A DNA stretch of 64,000 nucleotides. It comes from Candidatus Latescibacterota bacterium. GTDB lineage: Bacteria > Latescibacterota > UBA2968. The stretch lies in the NCBI GenBank assembly GCA_965204375.1, contig OZ241986.1:128001-192000 (forward strand). The letters are read 5' to 3'. Under the pieces are notes generated by a model. It ran no database searches, was not told the origin of the DNA, and saw only the letters and a program-made list of their open reading frames with translations. Shown here one piece after another: positions 63,116-64,000 of the stretch; the stretch's first letter is position 1; every line of letters begins with the position of its first letter. The position numbers and the translations under genes are program-made.

Positions 63116-64000
63116 GCCAACTCGTAGTGTCTGGGATCAGGTAGTGGCACTGGCCGGGCATCTTCGGTGTTGATGCTCCAGTCGGCGAGTCGCAGGCGCA
63201 TGGCGGCGAGGGCGTCGCGATGTTGATCTTCGTCGATCACATTGACCAATTCGCCTGGATCGGCGACGAGGTCGTAGAGTTCGTCGCGGTCTCCCATGGG
63301 GTCGTGGACGTACTTCCACTGGCGGGTGCGGACCATCTTGCACCGACCGGCTGCCTCGCGCCACTGCAGGGTGTCAAGAAGGGTTTTGCGGCCCCATGGG
63401 TGAGGTAGCTTTTCCAGGTCGGACATGGTAAAGAGCGGTCCTCCACTTCCGTATTCGGAAAAAGTCGCGTCCCGGGGGGAGGCTTCGGTTACGGTGGGTA
63501 GCGGTATTCCGTGCATGGAATGCGGTTGCGCCAGCCCTTGCAATTGCAACAACGTCGGCACCACGTCGATCAGATTGGCCATGCTCTGATCGCGTACCCC
63601 GGCGGTGACCTGTCCTGGCCAGGAGACGATCAGCGGCACCCGCGTCAGGCTGTCGTAGAAGACCCCTCCTTTGCACTGCATGGCGTGTTCCCCCATAAAG
63701 TCGCCGTGGTCCGAGCAAAAGACCACAATTGTCTGCTCTCGCAGCCCCAGTGCGTCGAGTTTGTCGAGTATTTGGCCGAGTGCGTCGTCGATAAAGCGCA
63801 CCATGCCAAAATACGAGGCCATAACGCCGTAAACTTCTTCAACCGGATCGCGGTGCACCCCCAGCATTTGATAGAGTACGCGGTTGCGCTCGGGCGCGCG
63901 CTCGTCGTCGAATTCGTCGTCGCGCCAGGGAGGAAGGTCAATGTTCTCGGGCGGAAACAAGGCCGCGTATTCGGCAGGACATAGCCACGGTTCGTGTGGA
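63112..64000 (-). CDS. Sulfatase, C-terminal part (runs off right edge)
   Basis: PHEP, SDHG, RVPLI, ELYDL..DP.E. Confidence 0.9.
   Translation of the reverse strand, partial: PHEPWLCPAEYAALFPPENIDLPPWRDDEFDDERAPERNRVLYQMLGVHRDPVEEVYGVMASYFGMVRFIDDALGQILDKLDALGLREQTIVVFCSDHGDFMGEHAMQCKGGVFYDSLTRVPLIVSWPGQVTAGVRDQSMANLIDVVPTLLQLQGLAQPHSMHGIPLPTVTEASPRDATFSEYGSGGPLFTMSDLEKLPHPWGRKTLLDTLQWREAAGRCKMVRTRQWKYVHDPMGDRDELYDLVADPGELVNVIDEDQHRDALAAMRLRLADWSINTEDARPVPLPDPRHYELA

Overview
Bacterial chromosomal window. The gene mix (PhyH dioxygenases, sulfatases, TA pairs, AAA-PD-(D/E)XK) resembles Latescibacterota/Gemmatimonadota-like marine symbionts; this is inference only. Left to right: tandem-duplicated two-domain PhyH-family dioxygenases; a sulfatase and a beta-propeller protein; a variant prs flanked by two TA modules; queC; an aminotransferase-deacetylase-PhyH-hemJ operon; tmRNA; nucleotide-sugar genes; argF; a DHH phosphoesterase; a degenerate ftsE-ftsX-envC-like cluster; PPIases; mfd; tRNA-Asp; a large duplicated CPBP membrane protein; plant-like ilvC; an RND permease; an aldolase; an XRE-cyclase-fold regulator heading ahcY-metF; an AAA-PD-(D/E)XK gene; a complete type I-B CRISPR-Cas locus (39 repeats, 38 spacers, internal cas11 start); a HAD protein, xth, tldD/pmbA, rsmB and a partial sulfatase. 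Best leads: (1) a ~220-240 bp diverged direct repeat bracketing the CRISPR-Cas locus, whose right copy carries a degenerate mini-CRISPR-like element next to cas6 and supplies the start of a HAD gene; (2) the XRE-cyclase regulator of the SAM cycle; (3) an apparently ATPase-dead FtsE; (4) halogenase-like tandem PhyH proteins. All family calls are by motif recognition; no database search was run.
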